From Candidatus Melainabacteria bacterium (lineage in GTDB: Bacteria > Cyanobacteriota > Vampirovibrionia > Vampirovibrionales > Vampirovibrionaceae): a stretch of DNA of 64,000 nucleotides. The position numbers were made by a program, and so were the translations under genes. Each line of letters begins with the position of its first letter. The first letter of the stretch is position 1. Below, one piece after another: positions 19,809 to 29,670 of the stretch. The stretch is from contig CABHPA010000085.1 in assembly GCA_902168245.1 (NCBI GenBank), forward strand, positions 14,805-78,804, given 5' to 3'. The notes below the pieces were generated by a model that did no database searches, was not told the DNA's origin, and saw only the letters and a program-made list of their open reading frames with translations.

Positions 19809-21029
19809 TCAATAACGAGGCGGAAAACCTGGGCCGCTATTGAAATTACCGGGCGGGTTGCTGGAAACGCTGGACGGAACCACCGGGTCTACAAAAGCGA
19901 CAATTCTTTTGTCTGCCAGTTTGTATACCGAACGGGTAACGCTGCCGCTGGTTTTGTAGGCGCGCGCCGCATAGCCCTCGTTCCCGCCAATGGTGGTGAT
20001 GGTGTTGTCGGGGTTCACCGATTCCACAAAGGCGATATGGCTGAAGCTTTTGCCGTCGTTGCTGAATATAACCAGACTGGCGGGTTCTGGCCGCCCCGTA
20101 ACCTGACGGTTGGCAAGCCCCCACTGATAGATATCCTGCACACGAGACAGGTGCCCCCACGGAGAACCACCCGCCCAGACCATAATGGTGGAGACAAAGT
20201 CGGCGCACCAGTCAGTGTCCCGGCCCTGGCTAAAGGTCTGCATCACGTAATCCGGATCGGTGTCTTTGCTTAAACCCACTTGCGAGCGGGCGACTTCAAT
20301 AATTCGATCCCGCCGGTAGAAGGACGGCGAAGCGCCGCTTCGGCCATTCACCTGCTCTTGCAGCCTGCGAAGGTTGTCCAGTTGCGGATAACCGGAAACC
20401 GGCGAAACGGAAGGGTCACGGGCGGTAGCGGAAGGCGGGAGGTTCGTAGCTGCGGCTGGTTGCGGCACGGCCTGGGCGGGCGGCTCATTTCGTTTGAAAA
20501 GATATTGATAAAGCCCGCCAATCAAACCAGCCGGACGATTGGCCAACACCAACACGGATCGCTCATCCAGGGAAACCTGGAAATGCTCCGTCTCCGGGGT
20601 TTCAATCACCACCCGCACCGTATCTTCCGTAAATTGCCCCAACCGCACCGTGTTGATCGGGATGCCCCCAATCTCGCCAGGCGGGAACGGCAAGCCCGCA
20701 CTTCCCAATTTGGCGTCCGCAATATCCAGAATTAAGCGGGACGGGTTGGACAGAATAAAGCGATTTTTCAGTTGCAGCCGGGAACCGCGGGCAGCCAGAA
20801 TTTTCAGGCGCCCCCGCTCAATCAGCGCGGCTTCCACCACAGCCAGGGGTTTTTCAACGATCACCGGCGCAACAGCGCCGCCCGGAACCGGAGGCCCGGC
20901 AGGAACGTTGTACTCACCCGGCTGATAATCGCCCGGCATTGCATCAGCGAACGGCGCACAAAACCCGGCCCATATCAGGCAAACTGCGGCATAAGCCCGC
21001 AAAGCCGAAGGCTTTCCCATTCCCATCAT
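19809..21029 (-). CDS. Secreted AMIN-domain/CHAP-domain peptidoglycan hydrolase
   Basis: Signal peptide; AMIN-like N-domain (LKILAARGSRLQL...ILDIAD...VRL); C-terminal CHAP with Cys (DWCADFVS) and His (HIAFVESV). Confidence 0.6.
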   Translation of the reverse strand: MMGMGKPSALRAYAAVCLIWAGFCAPFADAMPGDYQPGEYNVPAGPPVPGGAVAPVIVEKPLAVVEAALIERGRLKILAARGSRLQLKNRFILSNPSRLILDIADAKLGSAGLPFPPGEIGGIPINTVRLGQFTEDTVRVVIETPETEHFQVSLDERSVLVLANRPAGLIGGLYQYLFKRNEPPAQAVPQPAAATNLPPSATARDPSVSPVSGYPQLDNLRRLQEQVNGRSGASPSFYRRDRIIEVARSQVGLSKDTDPDYVMQTFSQGRDTDWCADFVSTIMVWAGGSPWGHLSRVQDIYQWGLANRQVTGRPEPASLVIFSNDGKSFSHIAFVESVNPDNTITTIGGNEGYAARAYKTSGSVTRSVYKLADKRIVAFVDPVVPSSVSSNPPGNFNSGPGFPPRY

Positions 21030-21177
21030 GAGACTCCTTGCTTTTTAGAAATTTCTGGCTCCGCAATATCTCCAAGCAACAGTCTACCATTGGAACAGAA
21101 TGGCTGGGAATGCCCCGGTCGAATAGTTCAGCCGCCCCGCCCGACCCTGTGATAACCGAACAGGATTTCGAGCCGTT

Positions 21178-22266
21178 TCAGCCCAACTTGGCGGCAAAGC
21201 AACGGATGTTATCCGCAATCACCTTTTTGTCCGGTATGGCGGGGTATGCTTTCAGTGCCATTTCAATGGCGCTCACGTAATCCCCCAGCCCTTCATAACA
21301 CAGGCTCAGGTAATGATAAGGTTTCCAGGTGTAATATTCTTCCAGAATCATCCCCTGCCCAGGCCGCAGCGCATGGGTGGCGCCTTGCAACAACGGAATG
21401 GCCCTGGCAAAAGCCCGGCGGCGATAATGAATCACCCCCAGTTCCGCCAACGCTTCCGCCCGCGAGCTGTCTACTTCCAGCGCCCGCAAGCCCCAATCCA
21501 CCGCCTCTTCATAACGCTCAAGCTCCATCAGGCACACCATGGCCATATGCATGGCCTGGTACAGACTAACCGGATCTTCCCGGTTCAGCTCCCCATGCCG
21601 CTCGAATGCCCGAACGGCTTCCTCCAAGCGGCCATGGTGCTTCAGCTCCTTGCCATAGTAATACCAGATTCGCGGAGACTGGCTCCCCTGCTCCACCAGC
21701 CGGGCCAGCATTAACAGGTTGCGATCCACCGAGCGTTCCACATACGCCGACGGCTTGTGATGTTCTATCTTAATGTCCAATCGCTCCAGAAACCGGGCAG
21801 TCGCAGGCAACACATACGCCTCATGGATGGGAAACTGCCATTCCCCGCCAGCCCCGCGCCGCAGAAAACGCTCTCTGGGCATGGAGACCAGGCACTCGCC
21901 ATCTGCCGCAAAGGCAATTTGGTAGCTGCACACCACCGCATCCAACTCGTCGCTCAGCCTCGTTTCTTTTAAGGCCAATATTTTTTGCTGGTTCGCTTCG
22001 GTAATCACATCGTCCGCATCCAGCCACATAATCCAATCGCCCGTGCATTGGGCAAAAGCAAAGTTCCGCGCCGCCGCAAAGTCGTCAATCCAATCAAAAT
22101 GACAAACCTTTGCCCCGCAGGAACGGGCCAGATCCACCGTACCATCCGTAGAGCCAGTATCCACAACAATCAACTCATCGCAAAAGCTGCTGGCCTGGGC
22201 TAATACGCGCCCCAGCACCTGATCTTCGTTTTTGACAATCATCGCCAGCGATAAGGAGACAGGCAT
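21178..22266 (-). CDS. Family 2 glycosyltransferase with C-terminal TPR repeats
   Basis: LSLAMIVKNE...VVDTGSTD GT2 motif; DxD (LDADD); TPR-like C-terminal half. Confidence 0.7.
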   Translation of the reverse strand: MPVSLSLAMIVKNEDQVLGRVLAQASSFCDELIVVDTGSTDGTVDLARSCGAKVCHFDWIDDFAAARNFAFAQCTGDWIMWLDADDVITEANQQKILALKETRLSDELDAVVCSYQIAFAADGECLVSMPRERFLRRGAGGEWQFPIHEAYVLPATARFLERLDIKIEHHKPSAYVERSVDRNLLMLARLVEQGSQSPRIWYYYGKELKHHGRLEEAVRAFERHGELNREDPVSLYQAMHMAMVCLMELERYEEAVDWGLRALEVDSSRAEALAELGVIHYRRRAFARAIPLLQGATHALRPGQGMILEEYYTWKPYHYLSLCYEGLGDYVSAIEMALKAYPAIPDKKVIADNIRCFAAKLG

Positions 22267-22462
22267 CCGGCTTTATCCCAACAGTTCGGCTGCCTTTCAT
22301 TGTAGAGAGATTGGCGGGTTTCCATAACCTGTGGATGGAGGATTCCCCAAAGCATAAATCAGATGCTTTTTACCTATAACAGTCCTGTTGCTGAAAAGCC
22401 CCATGATCAAGTATTCTCAGAATAGTTAGTTTAAAAGCAAATCCCTATCAGGAGAGCCAGAA

Positions 22463-23542
22463 TTGACAGAGCAGAATCCAGGAGATCCTTCAGGAAGGCG
22501 CATTGCCGCTCAAACGGCCTTACATTTGTCTGAAGCTGGTAAGCTGATTCACGCTTTGAAGGCATTGTTAACACGGACTGGCTTCGATTGCTCCTTATGC
22601 GATCAGTTGGCCAATGAAATCAAGAGGCAGGAAACGGCTGCTGTACAAAAAAGCGGGGGCAGAATCGACTCACGTAGAATCAAAAAGTTTGGTACGGGAC
22701 AACCCCTCCAAGATGGACGCACCACTAATCTGTTATATATCGATGAAAGTGGCACCAGTGCTCCCAACCCTAATCAACCCTATTTTGCCCTGGGCGGTAT
22801 TGCAATTACTCAAGAAGCAGCAGACGCTTACGGCATAGCCGCAGATGCCATTAAGCAGCATTTTTTTGGCAGAACCGACATCACTTTTCACGAGCCTTTA
22901 ATGCGGCGAAATAATGAGATTTACTTCTTCGGAGGCGATACTGGTAAACAGGCTGCCTTTGACCAAGCTCTAGACGAACTGGTAAAAAACACGCCCTTTG
23001 TTACCTTAGGTTCGGCTGTCCGTAAGCTGGCTTTCCAACAGGAATTTGCCCAAACAGGCATTGACCCTTATTTACCAACCAACTCTTATGTCGTTGCCAT
23101 TATTATGATTTTAGAGCGGTATGTTGACTTCCTAGCCTCCCAACAAATCCCACTATTAGGCCGGGTTCTATTTGAAAGCCTTGGCCCCAAAGAAGACGCG
23201 ATACATCAAATGGAATACGCCAGAATTCTTATTGAGGGAACCCAATGGGTTTCTGGTTCTGATTTTCGTCAATGGCTTGAAACCGGACTGAGATTCCAGA
23301 CCAAATGTGGCTCCAACCCTGGCGAACTGGCAGATATGTTTTCAAGGGATCTGTTTGAATGGGTTAGTGGAGATTGTCAAGTAACCCCCAAGCGTTGGCA
23401 TTTATTCTGCGAAAAAGCTCATTCAAGGGAAGATGGATTAAGAGGCAAGTTCGGCATTAAGGTTTTCCCGGATTCTGATATCCGTGACGCTGTTATGCAG
23501 CATCGACAGCAATATCAGCCTCTACCATCCCCTAAAAACTAA
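22463..23542 (+). CDS. DUF3800 family protein
   Basis: LLYIDESGTS N-terminal motif typical of DUF3800. TTG start preceded by AGGAG RBS. Markedly lower GC than neighbours. Confidence 0.6.
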   Translation: MTEQNPGDPSGRRIAAQTALHLSEAGKLIHALKALLTRTGFDCSLCDQLANEIKRQETAAVQKSGGRIDSRRIKKFGTGQPLQDGRTTNLLYIDESGTSAPNPNQPYFALGGIAITQEAADAYGIAADAIKQHFFGRTDITFHEPLMRRNNEIYFFGGDTGKQAAFDQALDELVKNTPFVTLGSAVRKLAFQQEFAQTGIDPYLPTNSYVVAIIMILERYVDFLASQQIPLLGRVLFESLGPKEDAIHQMEYARILIEGTQWVSGSDFRQWLETGLRFQTKCGSNPGELADMFSRDLFEWVSGDCQVTPKRWHLFCEKAHSREDGLRGKFGIKVFPDSDIRDAVMQHRQQYQPLPSPKN

Positions 23543-23788
23543 AAAGCGCCATCGCTTCAAGAAGTGACGGCGCCGATAGCGAAAATCCGCTATCCACTGT
23601 CGTCAGTTTAGCACGCCTATAATGCTACAGCAATAGTTTTTAAGATTTTGTAGCCCTTTGGGGAAGACTGTTCTTATACTATTACTCAGCTCGAACCAGT
23701 AACCTCCACAATATCAATGAAAAGAATGAAATCGCTGAATAATAGCTTTTGAGACAAACTGTCCCGGGAGTGCCCCACGAAAGCCCCT

Positions 23789-23818
23789 AAAAAAACAAAG
23801 AGCGGCCCGAAAGCCGCT
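23789..23818 (-). terminator. Rho-independent terminator downstream of tRNA-Thr
   Basis: Minus strand: agcggc-tttcgg-gccgct hairpin then cuuuguuuuuuu. Confidence 0.6.
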
Positions 23819-23825
23819 TTAAATC

Positions 23826-23901
<76 letters not shown>

Positions 23902-24006
23902 GCACCACAACTTTACTTTTATACCCTAAAAGCTATGGGCCGGGCAAGGCAGTCGGAAAATCCACGTTTATTCCATTCAAGGTTGAAGCAAGGCATCCCT
24001 TTCGAT

Positions 24007-25020
24007 ATGGTGGAAGCCATGAGCCAACCCATATTGCCCAATATAGAACCAGCGGAAACCGCCACATACAGCACAGCCGTGCAAGCCATGCTGTCCGCCA
24101 TGGCCGAAAAACGCTTTTTCAAGCTGATTGGGGGGGGCAGCTTCACGGAAACCGAAAAAATCGCCCACCTGGCAAGGGCTTACGCCATGGCCGGAGCAGA
24201 CTGCCTGGATTTAGCGCCCGATCTTCAGGTACTCCAGACCGTTGAAGCCGTATTGCGGGAACTTCCCAAACCTCACCCGGTCATCATGATTAGCCTGCCG
24301 CTGGATCCGGACCCGCATTTTCGAAAAATCGAGCTGGATGAGCCTGCCTGCATTCAATGCGGGCTTTGCCTCCCGGCCTGCCCCACCGAAGCCATTACGT
24401 TACCGGAGATTCTGGAGATTTCCCAATCCCTGTGCTACGGTTGCGGGCGTTGCGTACCCACCTGCCCCACAGAGGCACTTTCCCTGCTGCCTTTTCAGGT
24501 GGAAAGCCAGATGGAAGCCGCGCTCAGTCATCCATTGGTGGAGGCAGTGGAAATCCATAGCCATTATGTGGATCCTTATATGCTATCCACGTTTTTAGCG
24601 CGCTGGCAGCCCCACCTTCGCAATAAGCTGATTTCCCTGTGCTTTCGGATTGATAATCTGCCGCCAGCCCAGATTTTGGCGTTCTATCGCGTCGCGGCGG
24701 AGTTCAGCCCTTTGCCAGTCATGCTGCAAGTGGACGGATCTCCCATGTCCGGCAATGATGACCCGGAAGCCTCCCGGCCCGCTCTGGAAGCCGCCCGCAA
24801 GACAATTGGAATGTTTCGGGAACAGGGGCTTCCCCTGCCCGCCATAACGATTTCCGGAGGGATTAACCGACATACCGCCACACTCTTAAAAGAAGCCCTC
24901 TACCGGGAAATTGCCGGGGCGGGCATGGGTACGGTCGCCCGTAAAACTGTCTGGAACCTGGAAAGTTCCGCTGCGGCCCAAACCGCCGCCGGGCTGGTCG
25001 CGGAATTTAAAGCCCGCTAG
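24007..25020 (+). CDS. 4Fe-4S dicluster protein, LdpA-like
   Basis: Two CxxCxxCxxxCP motifs (CIQCGLCLPACP, CYGCGRCVPTCP); about 337 aa. The track's 23875 start lies inside the tRNA, so ATG 24007 was used. Confidence 0.5.
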   Translation: MVEAMSQPILPNIEPAETATYSTAVQAMLSAMAEKRFFKLIGGGSFTETEKIAHLARAYAMAGADCLDLAPDLQVLQTVEAVLRELPKPHPVIMISLPLDPDPHFRKIELDEPACIQCGLCLPACPTEAITLPEILEISQSLCYGCGRCVPTCPTEALSLLPFQVESQMEAALSHPLVEAVEIHSHYVDPYMLSTFLARWQPHLRNKLISLCFRIDNLPPAQILAFYRVAAEFSPLPVMLQVDGSPMSGNDDPEASRPALEAARKTIGMFREQGLPLPAITISGGINRHTATLLKEALYREIAGAGMGTVARKTVWNLESSAAAQTAAGLVAEFKAR

Positions 25021-25103
25021 CCAAGCCGCCGGGATTAAAACTTGCCTATACAGAGAATACTGTATAATGGATAGCGAGAGGGAAAATAACATCGAAAGGG
25101 AAA

Positions 25104-26807
25104 GTGATTCTGAACAAGATTGCGCATTCGGCCCAAGCTCATCCGCATCTCGTAAGTCAATCCAACGCTTTTCAGCTAAATCCCGTTTTGTTTGAGGGTT
25201 CAACCATCGCCAACGATCTCCAGCTCCTGATAGACATCCTGCCCGAACGCATCCGCCGGGCGTTGCAAGTAGTCGATCTGGATGACCTGATTGAGATCGT
25301 GATGGACTTGGGACGCCTCCCCGAAGCCCGTTTCTCGGAAGGGAACATTCTGGAACTGGGCGAACAACAGATTACCCTGGATGAAATTCACCATGTGGTG
25401 AAGCACATGGGCTATTTCACCAGCGACAACCGGGCCGGGATTCCCCGAACCCTGCACCGGATCAGCGCCATGCGAAACCGCCAGGGCGATATCGTGGGCC
25501 TCACCTGCAGGGTGGGAAAAGTGGTCACCGGCACCGTCGATCCCATTAAAGACATTATCCAGTCCGGCAAAAGCGTGTTGCTGCTAGGCCGGCCCGGCGT
25601 GGGGAAAACCTCCCGCCTGCGGGAAATCGCCAAACTGCTGTCCGATGAAGCCATGAAGCGCGTCGTCATCGTGGATACCTCCAACGAGATTGCCGGGGAC
25701 GGCGATATTCCGCACCCCGCCGTGGGGCGCGCCCGCCGTATCCAGGTACAGAACCGCGACCGGCAACGGGAAACCATGATTGAGGCGGTGCAGAACCACA
25801 CGCCTGAGGTCATCATCGTGGATGAGATGGGCACCGAAGAGGAAGCCCTGGCTGCCCGCACCATCGCGGAACGGGGCGTCATCCTGATTGCCACCGCCCA
25901 CGGGCATACGCTGGAAAACCTGATCAAGAACCCCATGCTCTCGGATTTGGTCGGCGGCATCCAGACCGTGACGTTGGGCGATGACGAGGCCCGACGACGC
26001 GCTTCGCAGAAAACCATTCTGGAGCGGGCCAAAAAGCCAACGTTTGATATCTGCATTGAGATTCGGGATCGGCATACGCTGGCCGTGTACCCGGATGTGG
26101 CCGAAGCGGTGGATCACCTGCTACGGGGCTGGACTTTGTTCCCCGAAATCCGCAAGGTGGATATGGAAACCGGGGCCACCAAGGTGCTGAAAACCGATTT
26201 TGAAGTGATGCCGGGCCATATTATGGACACCGAACCAGGCGACTTCAACCCTGGCCCCTTTGCCGATCATGTTCGGGACATGGCGGCGCTGCCCGTGGGA
26301 CAGGAAGAATTCCGGGTCTTTCTGTACGGCATCAGCAAGTCATTCGTGGATCGGATTCTGGAGCGGCTGAACCTGCACCACATCCGCATTACCAAGAACG
26401 TGTACGACGCCAATGCAGTAATCGCCATCAAGGCCAACGCCCGTCCGGGTTCTAAAATCCTGAAACTGGCGCAGGACTATGAGGTGCCGGTATTTTACGC
26501 CAAAACCAACACCATGCCCCAAATCCAGCGCGCCCTACGGGAGGCCACGGATGCCGAAGCTGGCGCCTTTGCCGGGCAAATGGCCCATACCCCGTTTGAG
26601 GACGAGATGGAGCTGGCCTTGCGGGAGGCCCAGGAAGCCATTGACACAGCGCTCAGCGAAAAAGAAGCCGTGGAGCTGGCCCCCAGACGTTCCTATATTC
26701 GCCGGGTGCAGCATGAACTGGTGGAAAAGCACCACTTAACCAGCGTCAGCATTGGGGATGAACCCAACCGCCGCCTAAAAGTGCTGCCGCCCAAATCGCG
26801 CGAATAG
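25104..26807 (+). CDS. Ycf45-like AAA ATPase with C-terminal R3H domain
   Basis: Walker A LLLGRPGVGKTS; C-terminal R3H-like segment (YIRRVQHELVEKHHLTSVSIGDEP). Architecture typical of cyanobacterial/plastid Ycf45. Confidence 0.65.
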   Translation: MILNKIAHSAQAHPHLVSQSNAFQLNPVLFEGSTIANDLQLLIDILPERIRRALQVVDLDDLIEIVMDLGRLPEARFSEGNILELGEQQITLDEIHHVVKHMGYFTSDNRAGIPRTLHRISAMRNRQGDIVGLTCRVGKVVTGTVDPIKDIIQSGKSVLLLGRPGVGKTSRLREIAKLLSDEAMKRVVIVDTSNEIAGDGDIPHPAVGRARRIQVQNRDRQRETMIEAVQNHTPEVIIVDEMGTEEEALAARTIAERGVILIATAHGHTLENLIKNPMLSDLVGGIQTVTLGDDEARRRASQKTILERAKKPTFDICIEIRDRHTLAVYPDVAEAVDHLLRGWTLFPEIRKVDMETGATKVLKTDFEVMPGHIMDTEPGDFNPGPFADHVRDMAALPVGQEEFRVFLYGISKSFVDRILERLNLHHIRITKNVYDANAVIAIKANARPGSKILKLAQDYEVPVFYAKTNTMPQIQRALREATDAEAGAFAGQMAHTPFEDEMELALREAQEAIDTALSEKEAVELAPRRSYIRRVQHELVEKHHLTSVSIGDEPNRRLKVLPPKSRE

Positions 26808-26910
26808 TCCGCCTGCACACTTGCTGCTTGTTCCATCTATAATGAAGCCTTGTCTTCGTTAGGGCATTGCTTCGCCAAGAGAGGGCGGGGCATGGCAAGG
26901 ACTGGAACGC

Positions 26911-27555
26911 ATGAGCGCAGAAAAACGCGGTTTGTTCGTAACATTTGAGGGCATCGACGGCTCTGGGAAATCCACCCAGATGCAGCTTTGCGCGCAAGCG
27001 CTGGAAGCCGCCGGGCATTCGGTGGTCATCACGCGCAACCCCGGCGGCACCGCGTTTGGGCTGGAGCTGCGTCAGATTCTGCTACATTCCACCCAGACCG
27101 TTTACCCCATGAGCGAGCTGCTGCTGTTCATAGCCGATCGGGCGCAGCATATGAATGAAATGGTGTTCCCAGCCCTGGCGGAAGGCAAAGTCATTCTGTG
27201 CGACCGCCATATGGATTCCACGCTTGCCTACCAAGGTTATGGCCGCGGCCTGCCACTGGCCACCATTCGGGAACTGAACGAAATCGCCATTCAAGGCCAC
27301 AAGCCGGATTTAACACTCCTATTTGATGGCGATCCGGCCATCCTGGCCCAGCGGGTAAACAACCGGGGACAGGCGGATCGGCTGGAAGGCGAAAAAGCGG
27401 ATTTCCACCGCCGGGTGCGGGAGGGTTTTTTGGAGCTGGCCCAACTGGAACCCCAGCGCATTCAGGTACTGAACGCCCTGGAACCAATTGAACAACTACA
27501 AACCCAGACCCTCCAGCACGTTCAGAATGCTTTAAAACACTGCTTGGTCAGCTAG
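26911..27555 (+). CDS. tmk: Thymidylate kinase
   Basis: FVTFEGIDGSGKST P-loop; DRH motif (LCDRHMDSTLAYQG). Confidence 0.9.
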   Translation: MSAEKRGLFVTFEGIDGSGKSTQMQLCAQALEAAGHSVVITRNPGGTAFGLELRQILLHSTQTVYPMSELLLFIADRAQHMNEMVFPALAEGKVILCDRHMDSTLAYQGYGRGLPLATIRELNEIAIQGHKPDLTLLFDGDPAILAQRVNNRGQADRLEGEKADFHRRVREGFLELAQLEPQRIQVLNALEPIEQLQTQTLQHVQNALKHCLVS

Positions 27556-27590
27556 CTGCCTACTGGCAATATCACAAGCCTGCCGTAGAA

Positions 27591-29477
27591 CTAGTAGCCT
27601 GCGCCTCTGCCTTCGCCATTCCCCTTGGTTGATAGGGATTCTTTCTCTTGATGAAATTCAAACGGCACCGGGGATTCCAACAACACGCTCACGATGCGGG
27701 GGCCATCCGCCTCCTTCACCGTAAACTTGAGATCCTCAAAATCAATCTCATCGCCGTCTTCCGGCTCACGGCCCAGCGCGCCGAACACAAAGCCGCCCAC
27801 TGTCTTGAAGTCATCGAACGGGATGTTCAGATCCAGTTGCTCGTTCAAATCTTCAATCTCGCACTTGCCGTTCACCAGCACCCGATTCGGCTCCAAAAAG
27901 GTGAGCATCGGCTCTTCCTCTTCATGCTCGTCCCAAATCTCGCCGATAATCTCTTCTATCACATCTTCCACCGTCACCAACCCGGCAAAGCCGCCATGTT
28001 CATCGGCCACTGCGGCAATGCGAATTTTATTGCGCTTGAAGTCTTCCAGCAGGTCGCTAATCGGCTTGTTTTCCGGGTAAATGTCAATTTCCCGCACGAT
28101 TTCCGCCAACGGGGTATCCATACTGTTTTTGCGGATTTTATCGAACACATCGCGCGCATGCACCAGCCCCACCAGATCGTCCACGTTTTCTTTAAACACC
28201 GGCAGGCGGGAATGGCCGGTTTCAATGATGAGATCGGCCACCTCGGAGAGCGGCGTCTCAATTTCCACGTATTCCACGTCAATCCGGGGAATCATAATGT
28301 CTTTCACCGTGGCTTCGGTGAAATCGTAGACGTTTTTCAGCAGAATTTCCGCGCGGGCATCCAGAACGCCTTCCAATCGGCCTTGATCCACCAGGGACTT
28401 GAACTTCTCGCCCCATTCAATCTCGGATTCATCGGCTTCCACTTCCACGAACACCTGGTTCACATGGCTCACCCGGCTTTGGATTTTCTCCTTAATCCGC
28501 TCGGTCAGGTCATCCACGTCCTTCACCTGAATGTAAGGATCCACCTGCACCTGCAAGTGTACGGTCAGCCCGGCCAGGCCATGATCCACGGTTTTAAGAT
28601 CCAGCACCTCGGAAACCCCGTACAGGCTAGTCACTAGATCCGTAATGCGCTTTTCCACCTTGGGGGAGGCGGATGTTTGGGTAAGAATGCCCCGGTTGTG
28701 GCGAAACAGGTAGAACGCCATGCCCAGCAGCATAAAGCCAATCAGGATGGAGGTAATGGTATCCGGCCAGTGGGCGTTGCTGGCGTCCAGCCACTTGAGC
28801 TGCACCGCAAAGTGGGAGGTCGTGACCGCCACCAGCGCCAGGGAGGCGCCCAATAGGGCAATATTGTCCTCGTAAAACACAAAACGGGTGGTGGGACTTA
28901 CCACATGTTTAATGTTTTTAAAGGCCAGCATGAGGGTTTGGGCAAAGTTGGCCGGTTCAATCTGCACTTCTTCCAGCACCGCTTCGGATGCGCGTTTGAC
29001 CGCGTAAATTTCCAGCCCGATGCTCACCAGCAAGGTGATCACCGAAAACAGGAAGCCTTCCAGCGTGGAAACTTCAACCGATCCTTGCGGCTGAAGATGC
29101 TGCGCCCCCTGCCAAATAGCCAAGCCAGACGTAATAAACAGGAACACGCAGGCCAGCAAGGCCCAGACGTTCGCCTCTAACCCATAGCCAAAGGGATGGG
29201 TTCGATCGGGAGGACGCTGGCTGGATTTGTTGCCGAAAATCAGAGCGATGCTGTTAACCCCGTCCCCAAAGGAGTGTAGGCTCTCGCTAAACACCGAAGG
29301 GCTTTTGGAAACCGTCCATGCCAGGAGCTTGATGCCGCCAATAGCGATATTGACCAGGAAAGCAACCCATAACGAGGACTCGGCATGCTGATAGACGTGA
29401 TCCCTTGTGCCGATATAAGTGGTTGTGTCAGCAAAATCGGCTATATGAGTACTACCTGGAGGTTCGATTGATCCCAT
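27591..29477 (-). CDS. Cation diffusion facilitator transporter fused to CBS-pair and CorC/HlyC domains
   Basis: N-terminal 6-TM cation-efflux region (HSFGDGVNS..., THPFGYGLEANVWA), then CBS pair (VKDIMIPRIDV...) and a transporter-associated CorC_HlyC-like C-terminus. Confidence 0.65.
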   Translation of the reverse strand: MGSIEPPGSTHIADFADTTTYIGTRDHVYQHAESSLWVAFLVNIAIGGIKLLAWTVSKSPSVFSESLHSFGDGVNSIALIFGNKSSQRPPDRTHPFGYGLEANVWALLACVFLFITSGLAIWQGAQHLQPQGSVEVSTLEGFLFSVITLLVSIGLEIYAVKRASEAVLEEVQIEPANFAQTLMLAFKNIKHVVSPTTRFVFYEDNIALLGASLALVAVTTSHFAVQLKWLDASNAHWPDTITSILIGFMLLGMAFYLFRHNRGILTQTSASPKVEKRITDLVTSLYGVSEVLDLKTVDHGLAGLTVHLQVQVDPYIQVKDVDDLTERIKEKIQSRVSHVNQVFVEVEADESEIEWGEKFKSLVDQGRLEGVLDARAEILLKNVYDFTEATVKDIMIPRIDVEYVEIETPLSEVADLIIETGHSRLPVFKENVDDLVGLVHARDVFDKIRKNSMDTPLAEIVREIDIYPENKPISDLLEDFKRNKIRIAAVADEHGGFAGLVTVEDVIEEIIGEIWDEHEEEEPMLTFLEPNRVLVNGKCEIEDLNEQLDLNIPFDDFKTVGGFVFGALGREPEDGDEIDFEDLKFTVKEADGPRIVSVLLESPVPFEFHQEKESLSTKGNGEGRGAGY

Positions 29478-29670
29478 GAATTCTATTGGATTATCTTCAA
29501 ACGTGCCGCCTTCCGGTTACGGAAAAACGGTAAGGTACGTATCGGCCCCATTCACAAAACCTTTAATGTTGTGGGGTTTATAGAATAGCAGATACCGGAT
29601 CCCATTATATCAATTATTTGGCCGCAACGGGGGTTTGAGCCTTTTTCCCGCCATGGCCGCAGCGCCTGCA

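Noticed and set aside
22270-23825. Looked for an integrase, att-type direct repeat of the tRNA-Thr 3' end, or CRISPR-like repeats around the DUF3800 islet
   Set aside because: None present in the window. Only compositional atypicality supports horizontal origin.
27648-28637. 329-aa plus-strand ORF inside the CDF-CBS transporter gene
   Set aside because: It is antisense to a well-supported gene. The product is His/Phe/Asn-rich low-complexity with no domain, a typical high-GC antisense artefact.
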